From positions 97,731 to 145,513 of the IMG/VR virus record IMGVR_UViG_2922289487_000003: DNA of 47,783 nucleotides; one strand, given 5' to 3'. This document shows, piece by piece, positions 33,822 through 41,980 of the stretch; the stretch's first letter is position 1; every line of letters starts with the position of its first letter. The stretch is from a virus (lineage: Duplodnaviria > Heunggongvirae > Uroviricota > Caudoviricetes). The notes under the pieces were generated by a model, which saw only the letters and a program-made list of their open reading frames with translations, was not told where the DNA came from and did no database searches. The position numbers and the translations under genes were made by a program.

Positions 33822-35387
33822 ATGACAGTTCGGATTGTATCGAATGCCGTCAACGCGCTGATTTCTGGCGCTGATGACAACGTAAAACGGCTCGTTCAGG
33901 AGATGTTGAGCTATGAAGTGGAAGCCGGTGACTGGAAAGGCACCAGCACCATGTTCAACTGGAGCAAAAATGCGTTCCCGGCTGGGTTTGCAAAGCCAGT
34001 GGCGGCAAATTTACTGAAAGCCGGCATCAAATGCGTGCATGTTCGTAAGGAAAAAGCCCCCGCGCTGGGCAAACCGAACCCGGTCGTTAACCCATACCCA
34101 TACAATCCGGACTATGCGTATCAGGATCAGACAGTAGAAACACTGGTTCGCGAAGGGATGATGATTGCGCAGATCGCCACTGGTGGCGGTAAGTCGAACG
34201 TGGCATGTAAAGCAGCTGCACGTATCGGCAGAATGACGCTCTTTTTGACGACTCGTTCGGTTTTGATGTTCCAGATGGCAGACAACTTCCAGAAATCCAT
34301 CGATTACCGCTCATCGCACGGCGAACCGTGGTTGAAAGATCAGAAAGTCGGTGTGATTGGTTCTGGTGAGTTTCAGGTCTCGCGACACATCAACGTTGCA
34401 ACAGTACAGACTCTGGCAAGTTTTCTCGAAGAGCCGCCGAGAGACGCGTCAGCGAAGAAAAAACAGTATCATCTGAAACGGCGTGAACTGGTTAAACGGT
34501 TTCTCTCCAGTGTTTCACTTCTCATTCTGGAAGAAGCACACGAATCATCAGGCTCGAACTTTTACGATATCGCCAGGCTCTGCGTAAACGCAGATTATCG
34601 TCTGGCACTAACCGCTACGCCATTTATGAAAGACTCGACTGAAGCCAATATGCGCTTAATGGCGGTCGCTGGTCGCATTGAAATTAAAGTAACAGAGAAG
34701 TATCTCATCGACAGAGGTATTTTAGCCAAACCCTATTTTCTCTATCATAAAATCGCGTACACCCCAGATGAGGCGCGGATTAGAGCAGAACTGGCATCCA
34801 AACACCTTAACTTCAGAGTAGGCATGGGTACTGCTTACCAGAAAGCCTACCAGTTGGGAATAGTCTATAATCTGGCACGAAATGAGGCTATTGTACGCGA
34901 GGCGTTAATGTACAAACGCCACGGTCTGAATTGCATGACGCTGGTTCGCCATAAACGTCACGGCCAAATTCTGATGGAGATGATGAAAGAGAGCGGTCTC
35001 AACGCCGACTTCATCTACGGGGAATCGAACCAGTCTACGCGGCAGGCCAAACTTAACAGTCTTGCGGCAGGCAAAATTGATGTTCTTATTGGCTCCACAA
35101 TTCTCGATGTGGGTGTCGATGTGCCTAGCGTTGGCGCCGTAATTCTGGGTGGCGGCGGTAAAGCTGAAGTAGAAATGCGCCAGCGTGTCGGGCGCGGTCT
35201 CCGGGCCAAAAAGAACCAGGCGAATGTGTGTTTCATAACAGACTTCATTGACGTAAGTAATAAGTATCTTATGTCACACTCATACGAGCGAAAACACATT
35301 ATCGACACGACGCCTGGATTTTCCGAGGGCGTGTTGCCGGTTGGCAGCACCTTCGATTTTTCCGTTTTGAATAGAGAGAGAGTATGA
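33822..35387 (+). CDS. Superfamily II (DEAD/DEAH-like) helicase
   Basis: YAYQ Q-motif, IATGGGKS, LILEEAH, LALTATP, GVDVPS, RQRVGRGLR. Confidence 0.9.
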   Translation: MTVRIVSNAVNALISGADDNVKRLVQEMLSYEVEAGDWKGTSTMFNWSKNAFPAGFAKPVAANLLKAGIKCVHVRKEKAPALGKPNPVVNPYPYNPDYAYQDQTVETLVREGMMIAQIATGGGKSNVACKAAARIGRMTLFLTTRSVLMFQMADNFQKSIDYRSSHGEPWLKDQKVGVIGSGEFQVSRHINVATVQTLASFLEEPPRDASAKKKQYHLKRRELVKRFLSSVSLLILEEAHESSGSNFYDIARLCVNADYRLALTATPFMKDSTEANMRLMAVAGRIEIKVTEKYLIDRGILAKPYFLYHKIAYTPDEARIRAELASKHLNFRVGMGTAYQKAYQLGIVYNLARNEAIVREALMYKRHGLNCMTLVRHKRHGQILMEMMKESGLNADFIYGESNQSTRQAKLNSLAAGKIDVLIGSTILDVGVDVPSVGAVILGGGGKAEVEMRQRVGRGLRAKKNQANVCFITDFIDVSNKYLMSHSYERKHIIDTTPGFSEGVLPVGSTFDFSVLNRERV

Positions 35388-35662
35388 GCGACAAACGCGC
35401 AAAACACTGCCAGGTTCCACTGACTGAAAAAGCGAACGATAAGCTGGAGTCTTTTCAAAATCGCCTGCGCGAACGCAATATTAAGCTGTCAAAGGCTGAC
35501 ATCATCAATCTGGTGTTGTCTAATTTGACGCTGGCAGATTTTGACAAAACGGCTTCATCGCTTGAGGCATCAGCCAAAGCTCGCGAGAAGGTGATGAAAA
35601 TTTACGAAAGCTCTGGCATGACCAAAGAAGATCTGGCCGACATTCTCAAACGTATTAATTGA
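35384..35662 (+). CDS. Small putative DNA-binding (RHH-like) protein
   Basis: 92 aa, coupled to the helicase; QVPLTEKANDKL...LSKADIINLVL pattern. Confidence 0.65.
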   Translation: MSDKRAKHCQVPLTEKANDKLESFQNRLRERNIKLSKADIINLVLSNLTLADFDKTASSLEASAKAREKVMKIYESSGMTKEDLADILKRIN

Positions 35663-35721
35663 TTCGCATGGCGCGTAATGCGCCCTGCTTGTTCAACTGA
35701 TAAGGATATTGTTCAGGTACT

Positions 35722-36144
35722 ATGAAACACGCACTACTTCCATTGATTGTTATCCCGACTTTACTACTCTCCGCTTGTTCTTCTCGCCCAATCTCGGTCT
35801 CCGAAGCTCAACCCGCACCACAGTCAAGAATCTTTAAATACCAGACGCCTGCGGCTTCAACACTAGTGGTTATGCGGGACAAAGGCATGGTAGGTTCTGG
35901 TTGTGCCGCTTCGATTTTTATCAATGGTGAGACCGTTGCCAAACTGGAAACAGGTGAAAAAGCCACTTTCCACCTGGATGCTGGAGAATGGATTGTAGGG
36001 GCTTCCCTTGACGGTTCCGGGCTGTGCGCACTGAACCCTGCACGTCAGGAACGTGAAACAATCACCAAAAGCGGTGATGTGAAAATGTACCGTGTGTTCA
36101 CCAGCAATGCAGGTGACATCGATCTTCTACCCACTACGCTGTGA
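35722..36144 (+). CDS. Lipoprotein of unknown function
   Basis: MKHALL...LLLSA-C lipobox; beta-rich mature part with two Cys. Confidence 0.8.
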   Translation: MKHALLPLIVIPTLLLSACSSRPISVSEAQPAPQSRIFKYQTPAASTLVVMRDKGMVGSGCAASIFINGETVAKLETGEKATFHLDAGEWIVGASLDGSGLCALNPARQERETITKSGDVKMYRVFTSNAGDIDLLPTTL

Positions 36145-36148
36145 CAAC

Positions 36149-36676
36149 ATGACGAACATAACTGACATTACCTACGGGATACCTGCAGAAATCTGGCCGC
36201 GCGATTACTCCAACGTGGAGAAGTCGCTGATGTTCTGGCGCAAGTCGCTTATTCCTGTAAGGGTCACGTTAGAAGACGGTCAGGTGTTCTGCATGTACAT
36301 TCAGGGGCTGATGTCTTCACGGAACAAGGTAGACCTCTGCCCTGCCCCGTTCGATAAAGAAAATCGTGTAAGGCTCCCACTTGAAAGAATCAGCACAATC
36401 GAATCAGGTGTGACCGAAGGACTATCCCACGATTTCACCGGCAGACTAACAATTCATCCCGACTATGTAGACAATCGGCCCTCTCGCCGAGACTTCTTCA
36501 AAATATGTCGTCAGGCTCATGAGACGCAGAAATCCGTAAGGGTTTACATGGCGGATGGCCGTGAAATTGAAGGTGTGTCGTCAGGCGTTGACGCTTGCCA
36601 GGTCACTCTCTCCGTTGGCGACGGACGAAAGATGGTTGTTCTCTTCGATTGGGTGGAGCGAATTTTGCCGTTTTGA
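36149..36676 (+). CDS. Hypothetical protein with two Sm/Hfq-like (or SH3-like) repeats
   Basis: PVRVTLEDGQVF and SVRVYMADGREIEG..GVD..VTL...VVLFDWVERILP. Confidence 0.65.
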   Translation: MTNITDITYGIPAEIWPRDYSNVEKSLMFWRKSLIPVRVTLEDGQVFCMYIQGLMSSRNKVDLCPAPFDKENRVRLPLERISTIESGVTEGLSHDFTGRLTIHPDYVDNRPSRRDFFKICRQAHETQKSVRVYMADGREIEGVSSGVDACQVTLSVGDGRKMVVLFDWVERILPF

Positions 36677-36685
36677 GAGTCAGTT

Positions 36686-36994
36686 ATGAAAGCACTATTA
36701 CTGTCCACCATCCTCTTTGCATCCTCTGCGACTGTATCAGCTATGGACTACAAACCTGTTATCCAGTCGCTCATGAATGATGTCTGTTCATCCTCCACCA
36801 ATGTGTCGGTTTGCATGTACCAGTTCTCGGCAGCAGTGAAGGCAGGTAAATCCGTTGGGGAGAACGTCGAACTCTGTAAGGGTAGTTCGGCTGAAGACAG
36901 GGCCATGTTCGACTGCAACGCAAGCGAGTCATCAGCTGAGTACATAGACGCGCTCTTTGAGACCAATCGCAAGGCAGTCGAATCCGCAAATTAA
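36686..36994 (+). CDS. Secreted Cys-containing hypothetical protein
   Basis: Signal peptide MKALLLSTILFASSATVSA; 4 Cys. Confidence 0.75.
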   Translation: MKALLLSTILFASSATVSAMDYKPVIQSLMNDVCSSSTNVSVCMYQFSAAVKAGKSVGENVELCKGSSAEDRAMFDCNASESSAEYIDALFETNRKAVESAN

Positions 36995-37006
36995 ATCTAT
37001 AAGGGT

Positions 37007-37035
37007 AATAACCGGCAAAGTCCGGTTATTATTTT
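37007..37035 (+). terminator. Intrinsic terminator
   Basis: AATAACCGG-N6-CCGGTTATT-ATTTT. Confidence 0.7.
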
Positions 37036-37210
37036 ACGGGTCACTCTCCATTATATTTATTATCATGCACTCTTGATTCCCGCTTAAATATATAAGGTCA
37101 AAACCAAGAACCTATAATTTATTTAGGGAACACCTTCGAGAAAATTCAATTTATTTCTAAGACTTTGATTTTTATTGAATAAAATTTTTTCTCTTCCCTG
37201 CGAAAAATCG

Positions 37211-37240
37211 CTTGATTTTAATTTCTGCATGTCGATAATT
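37211..37240 (+). promoter_or_regulatory. Sigma70-like promoter with AT-rich upstream region
   Basis: TTGATT-N17-GATAAT preceded by A/T tracts. Confidence 0.6.
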
Positions 37241-37317
37241 AATCACATCGAAAGCGAACACGCCAACGATAAACAAATAAGAAATTAAGTTTTCAATATT
37301 ACATAAGGATTAATATC

Positions 37318-37968
37318 ATGTCTAACGTTGCTATCTCTAAAAAAACTATCATCGACGCTGCTGTAGTTATCGCTAATGAATTGCAAGTTGCAGCCAACAA
37401 TGCTACTCAGACGTATAACAATCATTATCAGAATGGGACACATACAAAAGCAGATAAAGCTAACATGCTTGCAGCGACGACAAAACTTGCATACTTCACC
37501 AACAACGTTTTAAACGCTGTTAATGATGAGAAATTAGCTGGTGTCTTCTACTACGCGATCAAAGCAAGCAAACAAGCCCCGGAAGTATTTTTCCGTGAAG
37601 CGATGACTAACAGTTACTCACTGGAAAAATTAGTTTATCTGGTTAAATCTATCAAAGCTGGTAAATGTGTCTATTCAGTCGCTGATATGTCCGGATCTCG
37701 CGTTTTCGCATTAATCGAACTGATTAATGATGAAGTGGAAACATTTACTAATGGCGCTGTATTCGATTTGATGAATGAAGCGAAAAAAGAATGTGAGATT
37801 AAGCTGGACGCTGGATACACTCAAGCAAATCAGCTTATCAATCTGTGTGAACGTCTGGGACTGATTGAGAAGATCAAAGGAATGGGCGCTGCTAAAAACG
37901 GATCTCAGCAGTATCGCTTTATCAAAAATGATTTTTATAACTATCTGGCGGAGTCCTTCAAAGCGTAA
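37318..37968 (+). CDS. Hypothetical protein (216 aa), possible C-terminal winged helix
   Basis: Strong RBS TAAGGA; codon usage of highly expressed genes; QANQLINLCERLGLIEK...QQYRF. Confidence 0.8.
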   Translation: MSNVAISKKTIIDAAVVIANELQVAANNATQTYNNHYQNGTHTKADKANMLAATTKLAYFTNNVLNAVNDEKLAGVFYYAIKASKQAPEVFFREAMTNSYSLEKLVYLVKSIKAGKCVYSVADMSGSRVFALIELINDEVETFTNGAVFDLMNEAKKECEIKLDAGYTQANQLINLCERLGLIEKIKGMGAAKNGSQQYRFIKNDFYNYLAESFKA

Positions 37969-38020
37969 TTGATGGAAATAGCGCCCAGCAATGGGCGCTG
38001 GTTTTAAGGATAGAAAAATC

Positions 38021-38224
38021 ATGATTAGCTATGACCAGATCCGCGCGGAATATCGCGCAAAATATCGCGCTTATAAACTTGAACTCATCGACGAACTGAA
38101 AGCGCAACGTGATAAACTCAATTTTACGTTTTCTGATTTACTTAACAGCAAAAGAGACTGTAAGCGCAAACGTGAATATTTGCGCTTATCTGAAATGATC
38201 GGAAAACTACAAAACAGCATTTAA
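38021..38224 (+). CDS. Small basic hypothetical protein (67 aa)
   Basis: RBS TAAGGA, ATG 38021. Confidence 0.7.
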   Translation: MISYDQIRAEYRAKYRAYKLELIDELKAQRDKLNFTFSDLLNSKRDCKRKREYLRLSEMIGKLQNSI

Positions 38225-38227
38225 ACA

Positions 38228-38297
38228 ATAGCGCCCACTATGGGCGCTTTTTTCGTTTCATGATCTGCATAGCGCGCCATTGTGGGCGCGCTTTTTT
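38228..38297 (+). terminator. Two tandem intrinsic terminators of related sequence
   Basis: AGCGCCCA-CTA-TGGGCGCT-TTTTT (38228-38253) and AGCGCGCC-ATTGTG-GGCGCGCT-TTTTT (38269-38297). Confidence 0.75.
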
Positions 38298-38713
38298 ATT
38301 GTCTGAAGTCTGCCATAACAGACCAAAAATAAGCGCCATAAATACGCGAGGTGTGCGCGTTCTCATGTTTAGCAGTACATACCCATTACCCACACTAAAA
38401 TCCTGTTATAGCGCGTTACAGAACGTTTTCGCGTATCGCTTATTTTGTCGTGTCGTGGGCGTGATCGTCTGGCGATATCTGGCGACGTGATACGCGCTAT
38501 CCTTCGGGGCGTGTCGGCAATTCTCGCGTTATCCGTGGGCGCTCGCGTATCATTTCCACGTTGGCGCAACGTGTACGCGCTGACAGTAATTTCCCAACGA
38601 AATAAATAATCACATCGCGTAAGCTATCCGGATGTCTCAGGGGCGGAAACCCCCACCAGCAATCCCCAGGCGACTCTGCGCGATTTCTGGTGTCATTCCT
38701 GACGTATCCCGCG
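38273..38713. other. CGCG-rich non-coding block
   Basis: 13 CGCG tetramers counted in 441 bp; no convincing ORF. Confidence 0.6.
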
Positions 38714-38863
38714 CTATTTTTCTACATAAATGCGAACGTCGCCTTTCCCCGAACGGTATCGAGCCTTTCCCCTGCGGCACACGAACCGGTCTCTGGCCGT
38801 TTCTGAAATTCCCTGCGGCAGCTGGTGGTCAAAAAGAAAGGGCCGTTTCCAGCCCCTCCCCTC

Positions 38864-39346
38864 CTACATGCCAGGCAGGATGATAATGCGGTTCTTAACG
38901 TGCATCTCTTTGACAAAGTCCCCGCATGTGACTTTCCACGAGTCGATTCCTGCTTCATAGGTGACGTTTTTGCACTTAAGCGCATTATCAGCGATACGCA
39001 CACCCTGAGACGTTGCTTCCTGAACGGTGAAGTCGAACCCGGATTCTGTTGAGATCCACACAGCGATTTGTGTTGCCAGCTCAATGTGTTTTGACTGGCA
39101 GAAGCGACCGCTGCGTACCGGGAAGATAAACACACCGAATCCTGCGCATGTGACGTAGGCTTTTTCGAATACGCGTTTGTGGCGGCGGTTACAGATAATG
39201 TCGCTGGCGATCTGCTGTTTCTCTTTCCCGGACAGTTCTACGGTGACATTGTCACGCCAGGCGCCCAGCACGTTCTTTTCGATGTCAGAGTAAGTAACGT
39301 GGATGAGACCATGTGCGGGCGTGTTAACAGTAGCGATAAAGTTCAT
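38864..39346 (-). CDS. Early hypothetical protein (160 aa)
   Basis: Own promoter-operator-RBS cassette at 39347-39415. Confidence 0.75.
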   Translation of the reverse strand: MNFIATVNTPAHGLIHVTYSDIEKNVLGAWRDNVTVELSGKEKQQIASDIICNRRHKRVFEKAYVTCAGFGVFIFPVRSGRFCQSKHIELATQIAVWISTESGFDFTVQEATSQGVRIADNALKCKNVTYEAGIDSWKVTCGDFVKEMHVKNRIIILPGM

Positions 39347-39359
39347 TTCGACATCCTTC

Positions 39360-39394
39360 TAAACAAATTGTTTTCTTAATGGCTTTATTATCGC
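39360..39394 (-). promoter_or_regulatory. Promoter-operator cassette (GCGATAAT -10, 10-bp gap, 17-bp operator)
   Basis: Operator 39360-39376; -10 element 39387-39394. Confidence 0.75.
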
Positions 39395-39570
39395 TACGCG
39401 TATGAGGCGTCCAAGCGCTCTGTTTCGGCGTCTGGTAGCCTGGCGGGAGTCGGAGGGTTTTTTTTTGCCTAGCGGTAAGAGGTGGGTGTTTTTTGCCTGG
39501 TGTGATGAGGTTGGTGTATCTATAGAGCCACCGGTGCTATCTTGCCCGTAGGTGATAAAGGAGATGCGAT

Positions 39571-39759
39571 ATGTTAGATACTCTGGACAATCTGTCGTTA
39601 AGCAAGGAAGAGGCGCTTGCACTGGCGCAACTCGTGAAGCGGTTAACCTGGACTGATATGCGAGGGTGTGCCGTTGATGACGATGAAGCCTATACAATCA
39701 GTGATGCGGTGGCCAAATTGCAGAAGAGCCTTGCCGAAGCCGGCTTCGCACCAAGGTAG
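39571..39759 (+). CDS. Small hypothetical protein (62 aa)
   Basis: RBS AAGGAG; amphipathic helical sequence. Confidence 0.7.
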   Translation: MLDTLDNLSLSKEEALALAQLVKRLTWTDMRGCAVDDDEAYTISDAVAKLQKSLAEAGFAPR

Positions 39760-39784
39760 ACCACCAGCATGGGTGGCCCTTCTC

Positions 39785-40066
39785 TTAATGCAGTAAACCG
39801 ATATCGATAGAATCGCCTGAGTCAGTAACGCGGATCATCAGCATAGCGAAGGCATTCAGTGGATAGCCTGCGTGCCATTCCGGGAAGCGATCATCACGCA
39901 TGAAGTCGGCAATGTCATAAACACTGTCCTGATAATGGAAAAAGCGAGTGTCGGTCTGCTCATCAAAATCGACGTGATCCATTTCCTGCTGTTCTGCCGG
40001 TGACAGGTCAAGCCAGGATTCCAGCCATACGTTTTCAGCTTTCGGGGTAATGGTAAATTCGCTCAT
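39785..40066 (-). CDS. Early acidic hypothetical protein (93 aa)
   Basis: RBS GAGGA, own cassette; about 20 D/E versus 5 K/R. Confidence 0.75.
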   Translation of the reverse strand: MSEFTITPKAENVWLESWLDLSPAEQQEMDHVDFDEQTDTRFFHYQDSVYDIADFMRDDRFPEWHAGYPLNAFAMLMIRVTDSGDSIDIGLLH

Positions 40067-40084
40067 GTGCAATTCCTCAATGCT

Positions 40085-40119
40085 TAAACAACTTGTTTTC
40101 TTGATGTGGTTATTATCGC
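40085..40119 (-). promoter_or_regulatory. Promoter-operator cassette
   Basis: Operator 40085-40101; TGCGATAAT extended -10 at 40112-40120. Confidence 0.75.
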
Positions 40120-40204
40120 AATGCAGAAAAGGCAATAAACAAGATGGTTACGGGATGGAGTAAACAACCAGGTGGTCGGATGCCGGAGGGATTCATCAGG
40201 AGGC

Positions 40205-40231
40205 AAAAAAGCCCCGAAGGATGGACGGGGC
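40205..40231 (-). terminator. Intrinsic terminator
   Basis: Minus strand GCCCCG-N9-CGGGGC-TTTTTT. Confidence 0.75.
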
Positions 40232-40264
40232 TGTCGTAAGGTCGACTAATCGCTTTTGCACATG

Positions 40265-40582
40265 TCAGGCTGTTGCCAGGAGGGAAGCTCGCTGGATTTC
40301 CTGCTGGGCAACTTTGTTGGCTGCCAGTAGCGCTTGCTCCAGCTCACCCTCTGGCCATATATCCTGTCTGGACTGCCACCCTCTTCCGTTCTGGCGACGG
40401 ACGGATAACACGTAACGTGTGCGTGATCCGCTTTCAAATGACGCGAGGGTCTCTTTGAAAAGTCTAATGGCTGTCCCGTTAGCGATGACGTCGAGAAGGG
40501 TCAACTGATTAAACACGGCGGGTTTCTCCTTACGCGGCTGCGCTTCACTCATTTTGATAATCATCGCGTTATTCATAACCAT
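40265..40582 (-). CDS. Early hypothetical protein (105 aa)
   Basis: RBS GGAG directly after the operator; start codon approximate. Confidence 0.7.
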   Translation of the reverse strand: MVMNNAMIIKMSEAQPRKEKPAVFNQLTLLDVIANGTAIRLFKETLASFESGSRTRYVLSVRRQNGRGWQSRQDIWPEGELEQALLAANKVAQQEIQRASLLATA

Positions 40583-40587
40583 CTCCG

Positions 40588-40621
40588 TAAACAACTTGTT
40601 TTCTAACTGGTGTAAATAATA
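40588..40621 (-). promoter_or_regulatory. Promoter-operator cassette
   Basis: Operator 40588-40604; TATTAT -10 at 40616-40621. Confidence 0.7.
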
Positions 40622-40719
40622 CGGATTCAGGACAGGCCACAAAGCATTACGTCGCGGTTCGCACTACGCCGCAGGTTCAGTCAGAAAATTAAAACCCACC
40701 TGGCTGGTGGGCTTTATGT

Positions 40720-40977
40720 TCAGAGATATTTCATAAGATGGGCAGCGCAGAAATCGAGAGGGCGTTCGCGATTATTCCAGTCCCACATGATGGTTCCCAG
40801 ATAGCGATGAGTGTCATCTGTCAGGACATCGAATCCCCATGCGAAGGGAGCAGTCTCAGATATCTCGTGTGGGAATGGTTCAGTTATCTCTTCCCCCATT
40901 GAACCAAGAAGGCGGATAACGCAGGCGTCGTTCAGTACACGTTCTGCCACTTTTTCGAGAGCTGGATTCTGTTTCAT
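40720..40977 (-). CDS. Early hypothetical protein (85 aa)
   Basis: RBS AAGGA; promoter GCGATAAT at 41011-41018. Confidence 0.7.
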   Translation of the reverse strand: MKQNPALEKVAERVLNDACVIRLLGSMGEEITEPFPHEISETAPFAWGFDVLTDDTHRYLGTIMWDWNNRERPLDFCAAHLMKYL

Positions 40978-41010
40978 CTTGTTAATTCCTTGTTTTCCTT
41001 CGATATGAGT

Positions 41011-41049
41011 ATTATCGCCATATAAAACAGGCAGAAAACAAGTTGTTTA
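41011..41049. promoter_or_regulatory. Promoter with the operator in reverse orientation over the -35 region
   Basis: -10 element 41011-41018; AGAAAACAAGTTGTTTA 41033-41049. Confidence 0.65.
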
Positions 41050-41181
41050 AGGGCATAAGAAAACAATCAAGGCTGGAAACAGCCATTTCTGGCCGCAGGC
41101 TGGTGCAGATCACATCTCACCTTGCTGGTGTGCGGTAAATTGCAGATACTGCGTGTCCCACAGGCGATGAGTGAGGCCAGA

Positions 41182-41490
41182 ATGAAAACATTGCGATTTG
41201 CATCCCAGCCCGAAGGTGACGAAAGACCTTTGCAGGAAGGCAACGAACTGTACTGGAAGTTCTGCGAGTCGTACCGCTGGGAGAACCACCACACCCATCA
41301 GGATTTCGCCCGTTTCAGTGAGACGAACAGCTCAGAATCCGTTACCGTCTGGCGGGACAGAAACAACGGGAAGCTGGTGAAGATGACGCGAATGATCTCC
41401 CCCGGAGGTCACACGCTGATCATGACCTTTGAAGAGATCGCTGAGTGGCCGGAGGCAGGATTCGACGAAGAGAAGATAATCCCCTTCTGA
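41182..41490 (+). CDS. Hypothetical protein
   Basis: ORF with GAGG RBS before ATG 41182; start uncertain. Confidence 0.55.
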   Translation: MKTLRFASQPEGDERPLQEGNELYWKFCESYRWENHHTHQDFARFSETNSSESVTVWRDRNNGKLVKMTRMISPGGHTLIMTFEEIAEWPEAGFDEEKIIPF

Positions 41491-41536
41491 TTTCACCAGC
41501 GCATTAAGAAGGCCACACGCTGGTGGCCGCTTCAGT

Positions 41537-41833
41537 TCAGATTAAGTCCGGGTATTCCTGGCTAATTGCTTCCAGCAACTCACGCTTTTCGTCGTCAGTC
41601 AGTTCGTTCCAGACAGCTTTCCCCTTTGGCGTCTCTCCGTCAGCGGGCACAAAAGACCACAACTTACCGTAAAGAGACTCCCCTACCCCATCCAGACACT
41701 CTGCCAGTGAATCCACGCTCCAGACTTCAACCAGCGTGGGCATCACGATTTCGTTCCCCGGACAATCATCAGCTGTGCATACTGTATTGTCGTCATACTC
41801 GCGGCCACAGTGCTGACAAATGAAAACGTTCAT
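41537..41833 (-). CDS. Early acidic protein with N-terminal Cys cluster (CxxC-x9-Cx4C)
   Basis: MNVFICQHCGREYDDNTVCTADDCPG; own cassette. Confidence 0.7.
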   Translation of the reverse strand: MNVFICQHCGREYDDNTVCTADDCPGNEIVMPTLVEVWSVDSLAECLDGVGESLYGKLWSFVPADGETPKGKAVWNELTDDEKRELLEAISQEYPDLI

Positions 41834-41851
41834 GTGCGCATCCCCCATAAC

Positions 41852-41887
41852 TAAACATCTTGTTTTCTTATTGGTGTTATTATCGCA
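41852..41887 (-). promoter_or_regulatory. Promoter-operator cassette
   Basis: Operator TAAACATCTTGTTTTCT 41852-41868; TGCGATAAT 41879-41887. Confidence 0.75.
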
Positions 41888-41980
41888 ATAACAGACAGGG
41901 GAAAAAGATTTACTTAAAGGCTGATGTGCATTTGCCGATTTATTGCTATGTATGTATCTGGCCTATTCCGAGGGACTGTC

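Noticed and set aside
39420-40260. tRNA or other known ncRNA in the early-region intergenic gaps
   Set aside because: Only terminator-like hairpins and T-tracts; no cloverleaf, T-loop or CCA pattern recognised.
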